Source of the DNA: Mytilus trossulus
Taxonomy: Eukaryota
Assembly (NCBI RefSeq): GCF_036588685.1
Contig: NC_086379.1
Span: 58,838,001-58,902,000 of the forward strand
Reading direction: 5' to 3'
DNA length: 64,000 nucleotides
The position numbers and the translations under genes were made by a program. Below the pieces are notes generated by a model, which searched no databases, was not told where the DNA came from, and saw nothing but the letters and a program-made list of their open reading frames with translations. Shown piece after piece: positions 11,176 through 24,489 of the stretch (position 1 is the first letter of the stretch; each line of letters opens with the position of its first letter).

Positions 11176-14100
11176 TGGTTGAACGTAATACAAAAACCGT
11201 TCCACAGATGATTTCAAATATGTTATACATGTCTAAACTTAAATCCACAACAAATTACAATATATGTGCCAAAATACCTGAACACTAAAATCCAGATAAG
11301 TGAAAATCCACTGTTCGCCACCGGCTATAATTTGAAAGTGACGACTACTTTCTGAAAATGTTTCTTATACGACGTCACTGAAGACACGCTAACATAGTGC
11401 ACGTGTACATTAATATGAAAGTGAACCAAAGTGACGGTTCTAGTAGACAAGTATGATTTTGGACCATTCAAACATTATAAAAAGGATAAATATGGAATTA
11501 AATACGATGCTTTAAAAACTTGTAATTGTTTTGTAACTATGAAAGATTATTCCAAGCAAGTGTGCAACAATGAAAAGATGTACGACCTAGTTTCGCGGAA
11601 AATACACGGGAAATTTGAATGAAATGTTTTTATTAAAAGAATACTGTCAATAATCGTGGCACAACACCGCACCACTTAAAGAAAAAAAATAGACTGCCCC
11701 TAGAATTGACATATTAAACATTAAATGAATGCTCAAATTTCAACATAAATAGCATACATATATAGCAGCAAAATAAAAGTCTCTTTATTAGTATTTTAAT
11801 CAAATCAAAAAGTTCTTTCTATTTTCTTGATTTAACGACACCAACAGAACTTCTTCTGATCTTCTTAGAGGATTTGGGCTGAGTCCCGGTTTTACTGTTT
11901 TGGAGTTTTTTCACTTCTTCTTGAAGAGCTGTCTTCCTTTTTTTCAGTTTTTCTATAAAATTACCAAACCGATGCACTAAAATGCATGCTCTTCTAAGTC
12001 TTTACGTTGATTACATTTCTACCAAATTATTTCCTTATTCCAAAATTTATTTATCTTTGGGATCAATGTTTATTTTCGCAATTTCAATCACTTCTTCTTG
12101 TATAAATATTTTGTCATTTATTCATGTTAATTCAAATTCAGTAAGGTCATCACCAACATTATTCAATCGTAAATGTATACCACTTATAGTTAATGTATTA
12201 TGCAGCCTTCACTACATGCTTTCAAAATAAAGGTACTTTTGATTGAGTTAATCCATTTCAATTGATTTTTTAAAGTGCGTCTTTCTTTATTGTGATGTTG
12301 AACTTTTATGTTCCCTCTATCATCTTTTCAAGCACATGAAATTTGTAAAATTCACATGAAATTTCTAAAATTTACGTGTGGTCAAGAATTATTCAAAGAG
12401 TCAGTCTTGTTCAACTTGGTCTGATAACTAAATAATTAAGTTTTATAAATGTTCATAGTTTATGATGGATGCACGATTTTCGGCAGCTATATTATGAATT
12501 GAAGCAAGTGTGGTGTTAGTATTATAATATACAGTGAATAAGTGCATTTCTAGTACCAAAATATAATGTGCTAAGTTGAAAAATATATTCTGCATGTGGA
12601 ACATAATGTTTATGTTTAGCGTTAAAGAACCAACAAAAGCAGCTTAATTAAAAGTGTTCTGCACGTTAAAAGATAGCTGGATTTAATGAATAAACATAAA
12701 AAGACATTTAACGATTTATCACATTTACTATGAATCAGAAAAATAGTGTTTAAGTTAATATTATAAGATAGCATCAAACAGGAATAAAATACTATGTCAT
12801 TCAAAAAAACGTGAAATGCATTCTTTAACTTTTCGAATAAATAAGAATAATTCCTTCTACTTAATATCAAAGGGAATATATATTAAAGAATTTACAGTAA
12901 AGCCATGTTTATGTAAAATAAGGAAGTATAGTTATTGCAGATAAATTATACCGATAGGTATTCGACCCAGACAATACGTAGATACTTTGATTAGTCCTCA
13001 ATTAAGCATTCTTTGTTCGTATGTTATAAAAATTTACCACCCCACAATTTATCGGAAATAGTTCTTGTAATTTAAGACACAAACATAAGTATGCTTATAA
13101 CTTGAATTTGCTGATTAAGTATCTAATACTGTAAATAATGTTTAGGGTTTCTTCCAAGGGAAGTCTTGTCAAGTGAACTTAGTTTTTATTCGCGTCTGAT
13201 AAGTTGTATTTCGAAATAAAAACGTGATTTTAATTTTGAAATTATGTCGGACAAGACATATATCAACCAATATATATAAATACCAGCAATCTATTAACAT
13301 AGTTTCTGAAAAAGTGGAACGCAAACAACATTGAATGCTACTTTGAACCCGGTATAGAACTCAATACTAAAAATCATTAGAAACGGGTACATTGACACAC
13401 AAACAAACTATTGTGTTGTTGCCTCATAATGTTTTTATTGTTCCAAAGATTGCTCACCCTATACAAAACAACATGTACGCTTTAAAGCAATCAATTTGTT
13501 AAAACTAGCACAGCCTGTTTCACATGCCGTGGCCATTTAAGTTAAAATCGGCGCTGATTATTTTTGGAAGATTGTAGAGGACAAATTAATTCGAGTACCC
13601 GGACCGAACTGAGTGAAATCAAATGTCTCGTCCTGTTATCTGGGCCTTTGCATCGAAATTTATCAGATAATTTCACTCGTTCATGTTAATCAATATTGCA
13701 CACTTTAACTCCACAAAAACATAAAGTTTGTGAAATACACACCTTTTGGAAATTGAGTCCATTGGAACGGATAAAAGTATATATAACAAATATACCGACT
13801 TCGACGGAAAGTTCAAATCGGAAAGTCTCTTTTTAAATGCATAATAAAAAGCTCAAACACACCAATAGACCGAAAAACAACTGTCGTATTACCGCCTTGG
13901 TACAGTAATTTCCGTATGTAGAAAATAGTGTTTGAATCTGATTTTACACCAAGAAAAACCTTACACTTCGATGAAAGTTGCTTAAAATTCCGCTAAATTG
14001 TCTTTGTATGAGCAGGAAATCTTCACAAGACCAAATGAATAATTATCAAGAATTCAGTATCTCGAAACGTCATGGATAGTCAAAGAAGAAATGACTTGTA

Positions 14101-14824
14101 CATTGCAGAAAAGTATAAGTATCTCAGGCATTTGTTGCGTATCAATATTTTGAATAAAAGGAGGACATGCTGGCACCATAAAAATTGTTTTTTATTGTAT
14201 TGCAAAAATGCTGTCCATTGTATTGAACATTGAATCCTGACATAAAAAATTATTAACTATAAGGGTATATTGATTTACAAATTAAAGTGCACATATGGTC
14301 AGTTTTGGTTGATTCGGTCAAATAATTTTGTTGTACAAACAGCATGAGGTATCAAAACACAAATTTTAATGTATCAATATTTTGAATAAAAGGAGGACAT
14401 GCTGGCATGCTTAATTTATGCGAACAAAATTTTGTAGTCATGTGTTTAAATGAATTAAATTATTGCTGATTGTGGCTGCATAGTTCAAGAATGTATAACT
14501 AACAAGGACGTATACAACTAAAATCAAATATACGTCTTTTCAAAGATATACATGTACATAATAAAGTGCAAATATGGTTGAATTTGATAGGTATCGGAAT
14601 ACATATTCAGTACCCGTTATCATTATAACCAAGATCGTTTTAATAATTGATAGATTGTCAGATCACACATAAATTTGGGTTACAAGCAACGTTTTATGCG
14701 TACTTTATTTTCAAATATTTGTATTTAATCCTGTTTATATAACGGAAGTATTAATTTTACTTTATTTTCAATGTTTATACTACGAAATAAAGTTATTAAA
14801 AAAATATTTTTAAGAAATCGATGA

Positions 14825-15245
14825 AGAGCGGTCCTGGTTACAAGTTAACTAAGTGTTGAGCAGACCAGTCAAAAGTTAACTTGGGAACAGGTCTGGTTTT
14901 GACTGGATTTTTCAAAGCAAAAGTTAACTTATGTTAACTTTGTGGCAGGACTGGTTTCGAGGTTTACTTTACGGCAGGACTGGTTCCGAAGTTAACTTAT
15001 GTTAACTTATAACAGGACTGGGTCGAAGTTAACTTATATCAATAGCGGACCTGTTTCCAAGTTAGCTTTTTGGCAGACATAAAAACAGTCCCAGAACCAA
15101 GTCCGCTTTTCAAGCTAACTAAATTTTGGTCCTAGGACTGGTCAGAGCAGTCCTAAATCTGGTCATAGGTTAACTTTGACCAGTCCAAATGACTGCTGAT
15201 CAAGTTAAGTTGCTGTACAGGTTAGGACTGCACCCATCTGTAGGA
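14825..15245. repeat. Array of AAGTTAACTT palindromes alternating with GGACTGG/CCAGTC motifs
   Basis: About 11 copies of (AA)GTTAACT(T) or one-mismatch variants within 420 bp. Confidence 0.7.
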
Positions 15246-15389
15246 TAGCTAGATGATAATCCTTTAATTGTTTAAAATACTTTAAAATTGACAAGAACCC
15301 TTCAAATGGTCTATAGGTTTCGCCTATTTTTATGAACAATAATAGGTTTTCGAAGTACTCACGTAGGTACACCGAAAATGACGTGACAC

Positions 15390-15792
15390 ATGGTGATGTT
15401 GAGATCCCTTGGTAAATTTTTCGGACGCCATCACGAGTTGGTTGACCGTTATGGAATTACCGTTTCACAGATGAAATCGGATATGTTCCTTACGTCGTAA
15501 CTACACTCGCCTTCCCTTTAATAAATGTGACCTACAGAATTAGACTATTGAATGGATTTGTTATAACATGAGCAATGCGACAGGTGCCACATGTAGAGCA
15601 GGGTTTGCTTACCATCCCAGAGCACCTGAGATCACCCCTAGTTTTTGTTTGGGTTCGTGTTTTTAGTTTTACTATGTTATCATGGTTATGTCATGTGAAC
15701 TTTTTTTTGTCTTCTTCAATTTTAGCCATGGCGTTGTCATTTTATTTTCAATTTATGAGTTTGACTGTCCCTCCGGTATCTTTCTTTCCCTC
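15390..15792 (+). mobile_element. PLE 3' end fragment (end of RT plus 3' region)
   Basis: Translation KFFGRHHELVDRYGITVSQM, then the GGTGCC...AGCACCTGAGATCACCCC motif and the GTCCCTCCGGTATCTTTC tail. Homologous to 47575-48106 (-). Confidence 0.75.
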
Positions 15793-16406
15793 TACTTCAA
15801 TAATGGTAAGTATTGGTAACGTAATGTTGATTGTTATTGTACAAATACAAATAGATTGAAAACGAAAGTGTCGAGTTATAAATAGCACACGGTGGTTTTA
15901 CTGGTACATAAGTCTGTTATATTTTCATCCTTTGTTAAGTCCTTTGGTGAGGTATGGTTTTTGTTTGCTTTATTTTCACTAAAGAACTGTAATTGTTTGT
16001 TGTGTATTGATCCCAGCTTTCGCCATGTTTATAGTGATGGTAATTCTCTGGGTGGTATGTTTTCTCTTCTGGGTGGAATCAGAAAAAATGAGGCAAAAGT
16101 GTGACGAGCATGGTCAAAAATAAAAATATTTTTTGGGGTTCAGAATTTGTCTCACCACATTCACCATATCATTTATTTTATGAAACTTAAGTGTCCAGAC
16201 AAAGCATTAAGACATTCAATAACTAACAAAATCAGTAATTTGAACAAATACAACTAAACATATACACATGCTTTACATCAATTAAGAATACATTAAAAGC
16301 ATAAACATATTTCCTATTAATGCCAGGTTGATTAAGGAACATTTGGATACCAAATTCTCTATACATTATCGCCATCAATTTGAAAAAAATCCTGTTTTAG
16401 CACTTT

Positions 16407-16835
16407 ATAGATATAGGAAGATGTGGTGTGAGTGCCAATGAGACAACTCTCCATCCAAATAACAATTTAAAAATTAAACCATTATAGGTTAAAGTACGGC
16501 CTTCAACACGGAGCCTTGGCTCACACCGAACAACAAGCTATAAAGGGCCCCAAAATTACTAGTGTAAAACCATTCAAACGGGAAAACCAACGGTCTAATC
16601 TATATAAACAAAATGAGAAACGAGAAACACGTATATATTACAAAAACAAACGACAACTACTGTACATCAGATTCCTGACTTAGGACAGGTGCAAACATTT
16701 GCAGCGGGATTAAACGTTTTAATGGGCCCAAACCTTCTCCCTTTTTCTGAAACAATAGCATAACATCACAACATATAAAAACATACGATAAAATATCAAT
16801 TAGCAGACTTAACTCAATCAAAAAACGTATGATTA
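16407..16835 (-). mobile_element. Twister-motif-bearing short retroposon-like repeat nested in the Sola element
   Basis: Near-identical reverse complement of 51980-52401. Related copies or fragments at 50.0k and 57.0-58.1k. Confidence 0.85.
16667..16750 (-). ncRNA. Twister ribozyme-like motif (type P5 permutation)
   Basis: Reverse complement of the 52065-52148 motif, with all core elements retained. Confidence 0.65.
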
Positions 16836-17338
16836 CACAAAGAACGAATAAATTTGATCTGCGATATCTGAGTACAAATGCACAGTTAATTAAATATTAG
16901 AGACAAACAGTCATGACCAAAAGGCTATCAAACAAATTCAAACACACTGAGAAATATTTAACCAATCAATTTATGTATGGCAGATTATGAATGACCTGGT
17001 TATAAAAGTTTAAATACAGAAAAAAATTACTTAAGAATATTAACAAAAACACCTTTCCATTAAAGACGCAACTTTTGGTAACAATCAGCAAAAAAAAATA
17101 TACCAATATAGGCTACACTTTTAAAGTAATCATCTTTTTAGAAAAGCATCCATTTCTGGGATTTTGTCACACTCCTGACATATTTGACACATATCATATA
17201 TATCAAAAAATATATAATATGAATGCATTTATCACATGTTGGAAGAAAAGTATCAAAAACCAGCAGGCAATTCTATCGAAATTTCATGAAATTATTGAAT
17301 ATATAGAATATGTTCTCTTTTTTTTTTAAACAACATAA

Positions 17339-18282
17339 GGGTGGAATCAGAAAAAATGAAGATTTTAACATATTGGGGCATATTGTTTCCCTCATTATAT
17401 TTAGGAAAGTAAATTAAATGTCAAACCAACAAGTTCAATACCAGCTAACTTGCAGCCAAATTTCATTTAGATATCTTGTACCAGCCAAAAGTTTTATTAA
17501 AAAAAACATGTCAAATTTGTCAGGAGTGTGACGCTTTTTGTGTGACAGGATTTTCTTTTAATAATTTACATGTTGAGTAAAAATTATTATGATGAATGCA
17601 TGTATATGAAGATGGTTTATAATCATTCTTCAATACTAGGTTTTGTAGATTATAGATTGGTGTTATCATTGCACAAATATTATGTAAATAAATATACATT
17701 GTGAAAAGGTATGTACCAAAAATTAATATTGGCAAAATTTGATAATTTCTAAATTAAAGTGTTATGGTTGTATTTTAAAGGAGTATTTGTGTGTAAAACT
17801 GGTAAGTATTTAATGTATACATGTATAAGCTATCCATAAAAGGCTATACAGACATCATGAGGTGCATAATTCACATATTGGATTAACTTCTATACAAGCA
17901 CCCAAAAATTGTCAGGAGTGACAACTGTCTTTAAAAATGTACCAAATTTATATAATGCTTTTCATCTTACATTGTTATTTATTTTTCAGAAGCACCTGTT
18001 CCATAGAGAAGAAAAACATTTATTGCAGCTGTGATAATCTATATGTTGAATCTACACACTTGTTTTTTAGATGTCAGGAGTGTGACACTTTTTTTATACA
18101 TTCAATGACATATATTGTTTAAATTTTAATTACATATTCAAAAAAATGATCCATTGTTACTTGGTGTCACAATTTTGATAGAAGAAGGTTAGTAAACATG
18201 TTTTGTGTGATTTCTAAGACACATGGATAATATTTATTTAGTAATAATTCATTTATGCAACTAATTGTCACCATAACATGTT
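17339..18282 (+). repeat. Left long inverted repeat (~944 bp) of the Sola-like element
   Basis: Near-perfect reverse complement of 19682-20621. The ORF track shows mirrored 71-aa ORFs at 17520 and 20226. Confidence 0.95.
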
Positions 18283-18360
18283 AGGATTACAACCTTGAAC
18301 AAAAAGTAAATGCCCTCAACCAATTAGGAACAATCCTTGATGTGGAGACCAAGATTTCAG

Positions 18361-19446
18361 TCAGGGATTTGTCGGATTTGTCCCTGTGTAAATAGTGATG
18401 GGGGGTTCATACCAGTTGACAACAGAGTATATTCCACAGTTGTTACAGTCTCGATCACTGCATTTCCTCTCTGGAAAAACGCACACCTGTCTGCAGCTGA
18501 GATTGAGGGGTTTGAAGTTCTTTGGTACCATTTTTCGAAAGGTTGTAAACTTCCGGGGAAATTCAGGGTGTAACTCCATAAATCTGCTGAAAGCTTCTCT
18601 CTTACTGCACAGGAGATGATGTTTAGCAACCACTTCACCATTAATCAAGACTGTGTCTTTTTTGTTTGGCATAATCCTAGAGTGTACCTCTAGAAATCGT
18701 TCTACCCTCGGTTCCCAAATATCATAAAGGACTCTTATTTTATATAATCTTTTTACTTGTTGTGCCTTTCTGGTCTTGTATTGTTGAAGGGTTTTTTTAT
18801 TCTTCCAAATAGACTCTGGTATTGACTTGTCATCAGCAAATGCAAGTGATCTTTTAGCCTTTTCTGTATGTGAGCTTGGTCTTCCTGCTCCAGTAATATT
18901 AAGGATATTGCTGATGTCACTTTCTGTATTACCTTCTAGCAGACCTTTTTGCCTTCGAGGTGTGGCATTCTTAATGATATGTTTCATGGTACTAGCCCAT
19001 GCTGTAGGCCTAGGGCTTTCTGGAAGAATTTTCCTTGCTCTTTCTGCACGCTTTCTTAGTGCAGGACCAGAGGAATAGTTTCTCACCCGACTTTGCTTAG
19101 GGTCTTTTGTCTCTGTATTATTGCAACCTTCTTTCTTCTTTTGTTCAGCTCTCCTTTTTCTACTTGCTTGTTTCCATTTTCTCTGTTTTATTTTAAAGTC
19201 ATCATTAAATTCTGCATCCAATATTCTTTTTCTTTTCTGTTTTTCTTTGTAGGCTTTGTTTTGATTTTTCTTTTTTTTCTGTACCTTTTCAAGTTGTCTT
19301 TGATTATTTTGAATTCTTTGCTGGTATTGTCTAGTCCTCTCTTTTGATGTCTGTTTTCCATTGCTCTGGTTTTGGTTGGGTCTATTTTGTACCAGTCTTG
19401 TTGATTTTCTAAATGCTGGTAGTTTCACTATAAGCTTCTTCATCAT
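18361..19446 (-). pseudogene. Truncated Sola2-like transposase N-terminal region (361 aa ORF)
   Basis: Basic coiled N-terminus, then F.ELHP.F...FTTFRK..PK......RQVCV and C.DRDCNNCG Cys motifs resembling Sola2-type transposases. No catalytic DDD domain before the TIR. Confidence 0.6.
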
Positions 19447-19681
19447 TTACATTAACTTATACTGAAAAAAATGCAAATGGTTATCTCCTTTCCTATTTTG
19501 TCTATTTTATGGCAGGAGTGTGACAAATTATGCCTTAAACAGAATTGCATTTAAAAGCTAAATTTGTATAAATTCCAAAAGAGATGATTGTGTACCAGAA
19601 GGATATTGACATTTCCTTAAATATTCAAGCTATTTTTAATCTATAATTTACATTTTTCATTTATATATTGAGATAAATGTC

Positions 19682-20621
19682 AACATGTTATGGTGACAAT
19701 TAGTTTCATAAATGAATTATTACTAAATAAATATTATCCATGTGTCTTACAAATCACAAAACATGTTTACTAACCTTCTTCTATCAAAATTTTGACACCA
19801 AGTAACAATGGATCATTTTTTTGAATATGTAATTAAAATTTAAACATTGTCATTGAATGTATAAAAAAAGTGTCACACTCCTGACATCTAAAAATCAAGT
19901 GTGTAGATTCAACATATAGATTATCACAGCTGCAATAAATGTTTTTCTTCTCTATGGAACAGGTGCTTCTGAAAAATAAATAACAATGTTAAAGATGAAA
20001 AGCGTTATATAAATTTGGTACATGTTTAAAGACAGTTGTCACACTCCTGACATTTTTGGGTGCTTGTATAGAAGTTAATCCAATATGTGAATTATGCACC
20101 TCAGGATGTCTGTATAGCCTTTTATGGATAGCTTATACATGTATACAATAAATACTTACCAGTTTTACACACAAATACTCCTTTAAAATACAACCATAAC
20201 ACTTTAATTTAGAAATTATCAAATTTTGCCAATATTAATTTTTGGTACATACCTTTTCACAATGTATATTTATTTTCATAATATTTGTGCAATGATAACA
20301 CCAATCTATAATCTACAAAACCTAGTATTGAAAAATGATTATAAACCATCTTCATATACATGCATTCATCATAATAATTTTTACTCAACATGTAAATTAT
20401 TAAAAAAAAATCCTGTCACACAAAAAGCGTCACACTCCTGACAAATTTGACATGTTTTTTTAATAAAACTTTTGGCTGGTACAAGATATCTAAATGAAAT
20501 TTGACTGCAAGTTAGCTGGTATTGAACTTGTTGGTTTGACATTTAATTTACTTTCCTAAATATAATGGGGGAAACAATATGCCCCAATATGTTAAAATCT
20601 TCATTTTTTCTGATTCCACCC
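19682..20621 (-). repeat. Right long inverted repeat (~940 bp) of the Sola-like element
   Basis: Reverse complement of 17339-18282. Confidence 0.95.
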
Positions 20622-23609
20622 TTCTGTTAAATATCCAATCGCATAGCTGTTGATTATTTTGCTGTGGTTTTGAGAATTCACGGTAATATTCAGGTAAGTT
20701 AAAAGATCATTTTCCAAAATGTTTGGTGTACTGTTATTCTTTCCCGTTAGGTTACGGTTGGTTTGCCGGGGATAACTTTAAAGGTTATTTTTTTGAAAAG
20801 TTCCGTTTGCACACTTCGAAAGCTGGCATTCATTTTTTTAATTTGGTCGTTCCTGATGTTTCAGTGTAATTGTCTCCGTCTGGTACAGGTTTCAGGTTTT
20901 TCACGGAGTGTTTTTAATTTTTTATTTCATAGTGAAGTTTGCGTCACATATATTATAGTTGTAATCTTGGCTGTGTCTTCATGGAAGTAGTTTCCGCGGC
21001 ATACCAAATTCCTTGGGTTCTGAGTACTTGTATTCAAATCAATAGAAAGTACCTTTTGTATGAGGGATGGTGGGAAAGTCTGGTCGGAATAACAAATACA
21101 ACACTTAAACAAATCCTGGGAAGATCCAAAGCTTATGAGTTCGTGTCCGCGCAGATCCGACGTATATATAAATACGACTTTTCAGACGATTAAGGCAGTG
21201 CTCAACACATGGAATTATTGTCTATTTTAACTAGTTTAATAAACCACAATCGTTACTAGGTTCATAACCCCAATTTTGTATATTTAAAACTTTACCAATT
21301 AACCTTAAGTGTTTGCATGTAACTTCTAATACATTCTCCATTTTGACATTCCAATATTAAAGTCAAAGGGTGTCTTTAGACTGTCTTCTCGATCTTTGAT
21401 ATATATTTAGGATATTTATGACTGATAAACTACATTTTTAATGTATAGCTATCTTTGGATAATGAAATGAAGGCTTATTTTCCTGTCGCAATACTTTATG
21501 TTGTATGAATATAACAATCAAACTGGTAAAACTTAAAAAAACAAATCAAAGAAAATTTGGGTCATTTCCATGATGTAAAATTGAAGCAGCTATTATTTAA
21601 TAAGAAGAAAAAAACACTGAATAACAATGAAATATGATTAAAAACGTCTGTCAATTGATAGGTACACTTTTAATTTAATTTTGGTATATATGATGAGTTT
21701 ATTTACATGATGATGATGAATCCCTTGTATCCTCATCAATTTTGGATAAATAGAAAATATGGAAAAAATTAAACGGGCAATATCGGGTACTTATTCGTTA
21801 TAAGAAAAACATCATAGATTCACTTTTTTTTTTTTACAAAAGATCTTGAAATTTAAGACGGAAACAAGAAACATATTCCATTGAAACGTGTTACCTACCT
21901 AGAACAAAAATTAGGTTTATGAAAGAAATGACATGTAATGAAAGAGAAAATACACACTACGACTTCTTTACACGCGTTTCAGTATACAGCGATGCATAAT
22001 AGTATCCGTCGTGCGTACAAATGGTATAATGAAAAGAAATATCCTGGTTTATCATATAATTTGAATGATAATATTAACAGGATACGTGAGCAAATATAAC
22101 ACGAATAGAAAATTGAAAAACAGAATTGTAATCAAAAGTTCTAGACACTCCGGTTAAATATAATAGATTTCGGGCTTCACTGGGGCTATGGACTATGAAC
22201 TCGTGTTTTTTGTGATTGTCATTAATACCCCTTCGCCCGACAGCTCAGGAGATATATAACAGTGACGGAGAATATGAGTCCATATTTCCGTTAGATCCCC
22301 AGATAGCGTATTGAGAAATACTAGTAGGTGGGTTGCACGGTATAATATTTGATATTGAATTAAAAATTGTGATGGATATTGTATAGCAATATGTATAATT
22401 CAAATTATTATCATGGTATGAATTGGATCTCAGAATTGTTGGTATGAAATTGCTTCACCGCAGAATTACCTTAACAAGTCCACTTTCTCCATGTTTCGAA
22501 ATAAAACTAGGGGAAGTTAACCTTTTTAAGATTTTAAATATAAGACCAAAGTCGTTAAATTACAAAAAAAAACAGACTTTTCTGGAGTGCTTAGTTGACA
22601 GTTATTAACCATTATAAAGTATAAAGTGTAAAGCCCGGAAAACATTTAACTAGCATGTGGACTTTTATGCGACATTTAATCGTTGTAAGCTGAAAATATG
22701 TTACTGTATTTATGTTGAGAACGGAAATTATCAAATCTTTAACAGACTTCATCCTGTTTAAAATTGATTTCATAGAATTTGAATACTTCATACAGTCTAA
22801 GTCAAATAACCTACTATTGATAGACGGAATTGAAAAAAAAATACCAAGTCACTGTTATATTTTTTGGGTAAAAAACATATGGTTATGTAGGATTTGTTTG
22901 AAGAACTAATTCCAGGCGGACATGTAACAGTTAATATTGATCCGTCATGAAAAATAATTGGAAAATCGAGATATCTTCAAACCATATTGAAGATAAAATA
23001 CGAGAAGCATAACCGCTTTGTATGCTATATCCATAGCATTGTTGGTTATCAAGGTTATTATAAGAAAAAATATTCTGACAGACATTCTTTAAAATGACAC
23101 AAATGAAAAAAAATATATACAACTGTGTCTTGCAATGGGAACATTACATATCCAAGATCCATTTTTGTTTGTTTAGATTTTCATCTTATGATTTTAGACT
23201 GATGGTAAAATATGAAAGACTATTCGACCTGCGGTGACAAAGTGACGATTAATCGTCTCAATAAATAAACTTCAGTTCCAACATGAAAACGTGGTTATAG
23301 TTATTGGAATGATAGTTACTTATATATATATATCGATTATCCACTTTTTGGCAGTTATTATTCCGCTGAAAACGTATTCTTCTTTTTTTGCAACAACAAA
23401 AAAGAGAGTATTGTTTAACTAGATGGTTGTGTAGTGAAAAGTTGACCTATTTAAAACTAGACAAAGTGATGCCTCCGCACTCCACTCTGAGGTAACTGTA
23501 ATATAACAAAGTTAATGTAGAAATTTCTTTGATATACTATTGTGTCTGGGAGACACAATTGATGCCCTGCCGATGGAAAGTGATATTTTTAAATAACTAT
23601 AACATTTAA

Positions 23610-24090
23610 AAAGTAAAAACACAAACATACTGAACTCCGAGGAAAAATCAAAAAGGAAAATCCAAAATCAAAAGTCCAAAAACATCAAACGAATGGATAA
23701 CAACTGTCATATTCCTGACTTGGTACAGGCATTTTCTAATGTAGAAAATGGTGGATTGAACCTGGTTTTATAGCTAGCTAAACCTCTCACTTGTATGACA
23801 GTCGCATCAAATTCCATTACATTGTCAACGATGCATGAACAAAACAAACATACTCAAAGAGTAAAAATGTCAAAAATAGGGGTACAGCAGTCAATATAGT
23901 GTTATAATCTTAATATCACTATTAAAACAACAAATGTAACGAAGAAGCACAAAAAGGCATACATCATATTTAACATACTCATTTTGCTTTTCTTATACGA
24001 CCTAATTAATCTATGTACAGTTAGGATAGAAGGTTTTCAGTACTGGTGTAAAATTGTGCGTTTGAAATTCGCACAGGTAGACATAAAAAT
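23610..24090 (-). mobile_element. Dispersed short repeat family carrying a twister-like motif
   Basis: Reverse complement homolog of 40165-40640. Fragments at 13.8k, 31.6k, 40.0k, 44.7k and 47.3k. Confidence 0.8.
23703..23802 (-). ncRNA. Twister ribozyme-like motif (GGU/ACC, AC/GU variant)
   Basis: Minus strand reads ACUGUCAUA..GUGA-GA-GGU-UUAGCUAGCUAUAAAACCAGGUU-CAA-UCC-AC-CAUUUUCUA..UAGAAAAUG-CCUG-UACCAAGU-CAGG..UAUGACAGU. Confidence 0.55.
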
Positions 24091-24489
24091 AATTTTAACC
24101 GCTTATAACTCAAAAAAAGACGAAGCTCAACTACCTCCCAAAAGAGCAAATAGTATTAAAAAAATAAACCCTGACCACATGCACACCTTCAATACATAAA
24201 CAAACAGCCAACAAAGTGAAAACTTCCTAGCATTAAAACTACAGAAAGATTTATCTGGAAACGCTCCTCTTATGCAAGTAAATACTCCAACAAATGGTGA
24301 AAAAGTTAATCAATCTCCTAAAATGAGGAAATATTATAATAATAAAAACTCAGTTAATATATCTCTTTAAACATGAGCAGCAAAATCATTTTAACACTAA
24401 AACACAGAAGCAATAGTTATATCATTATAAAAAGTAATTGCTATAGCATCAGACTTTTACCACTATAATAGTTACACTAATATTCTGGC

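Larger units (their letters stand above)
16071..20621 (-). mobile_element. Sola2-like DNA transposon, internally deleted
   Basis: GGGTGGAATCAGAAAAAATGA termini and a 4-bp TSD TTCT (16067-70, 20622-25). Long TIRs at 17339-18282 and 19682-20621. Transposase-like remnant ORF. GRG termini with a 4-bp TSD fit Sola2. Confidence 0.75.

Noticed and set aside
15575-15660. SECIS or HDV-ribozyme reading of the PLE 3' motif
   Set aside because: No canonical AUGA/AA/GA spacing. No HDV P2, L3 or J4/2 arrangement could be assigned.
17520-20441. Twin 71-aa ORFs (17520-17735 and 20226-20441)
   Set aside because: Artefact of the inverted repeats, with non-ATG starts and no protein features.
22140-22325. Possible small foldback/MITE
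   Set aside because: The inverted match is too degenerate to define ends.
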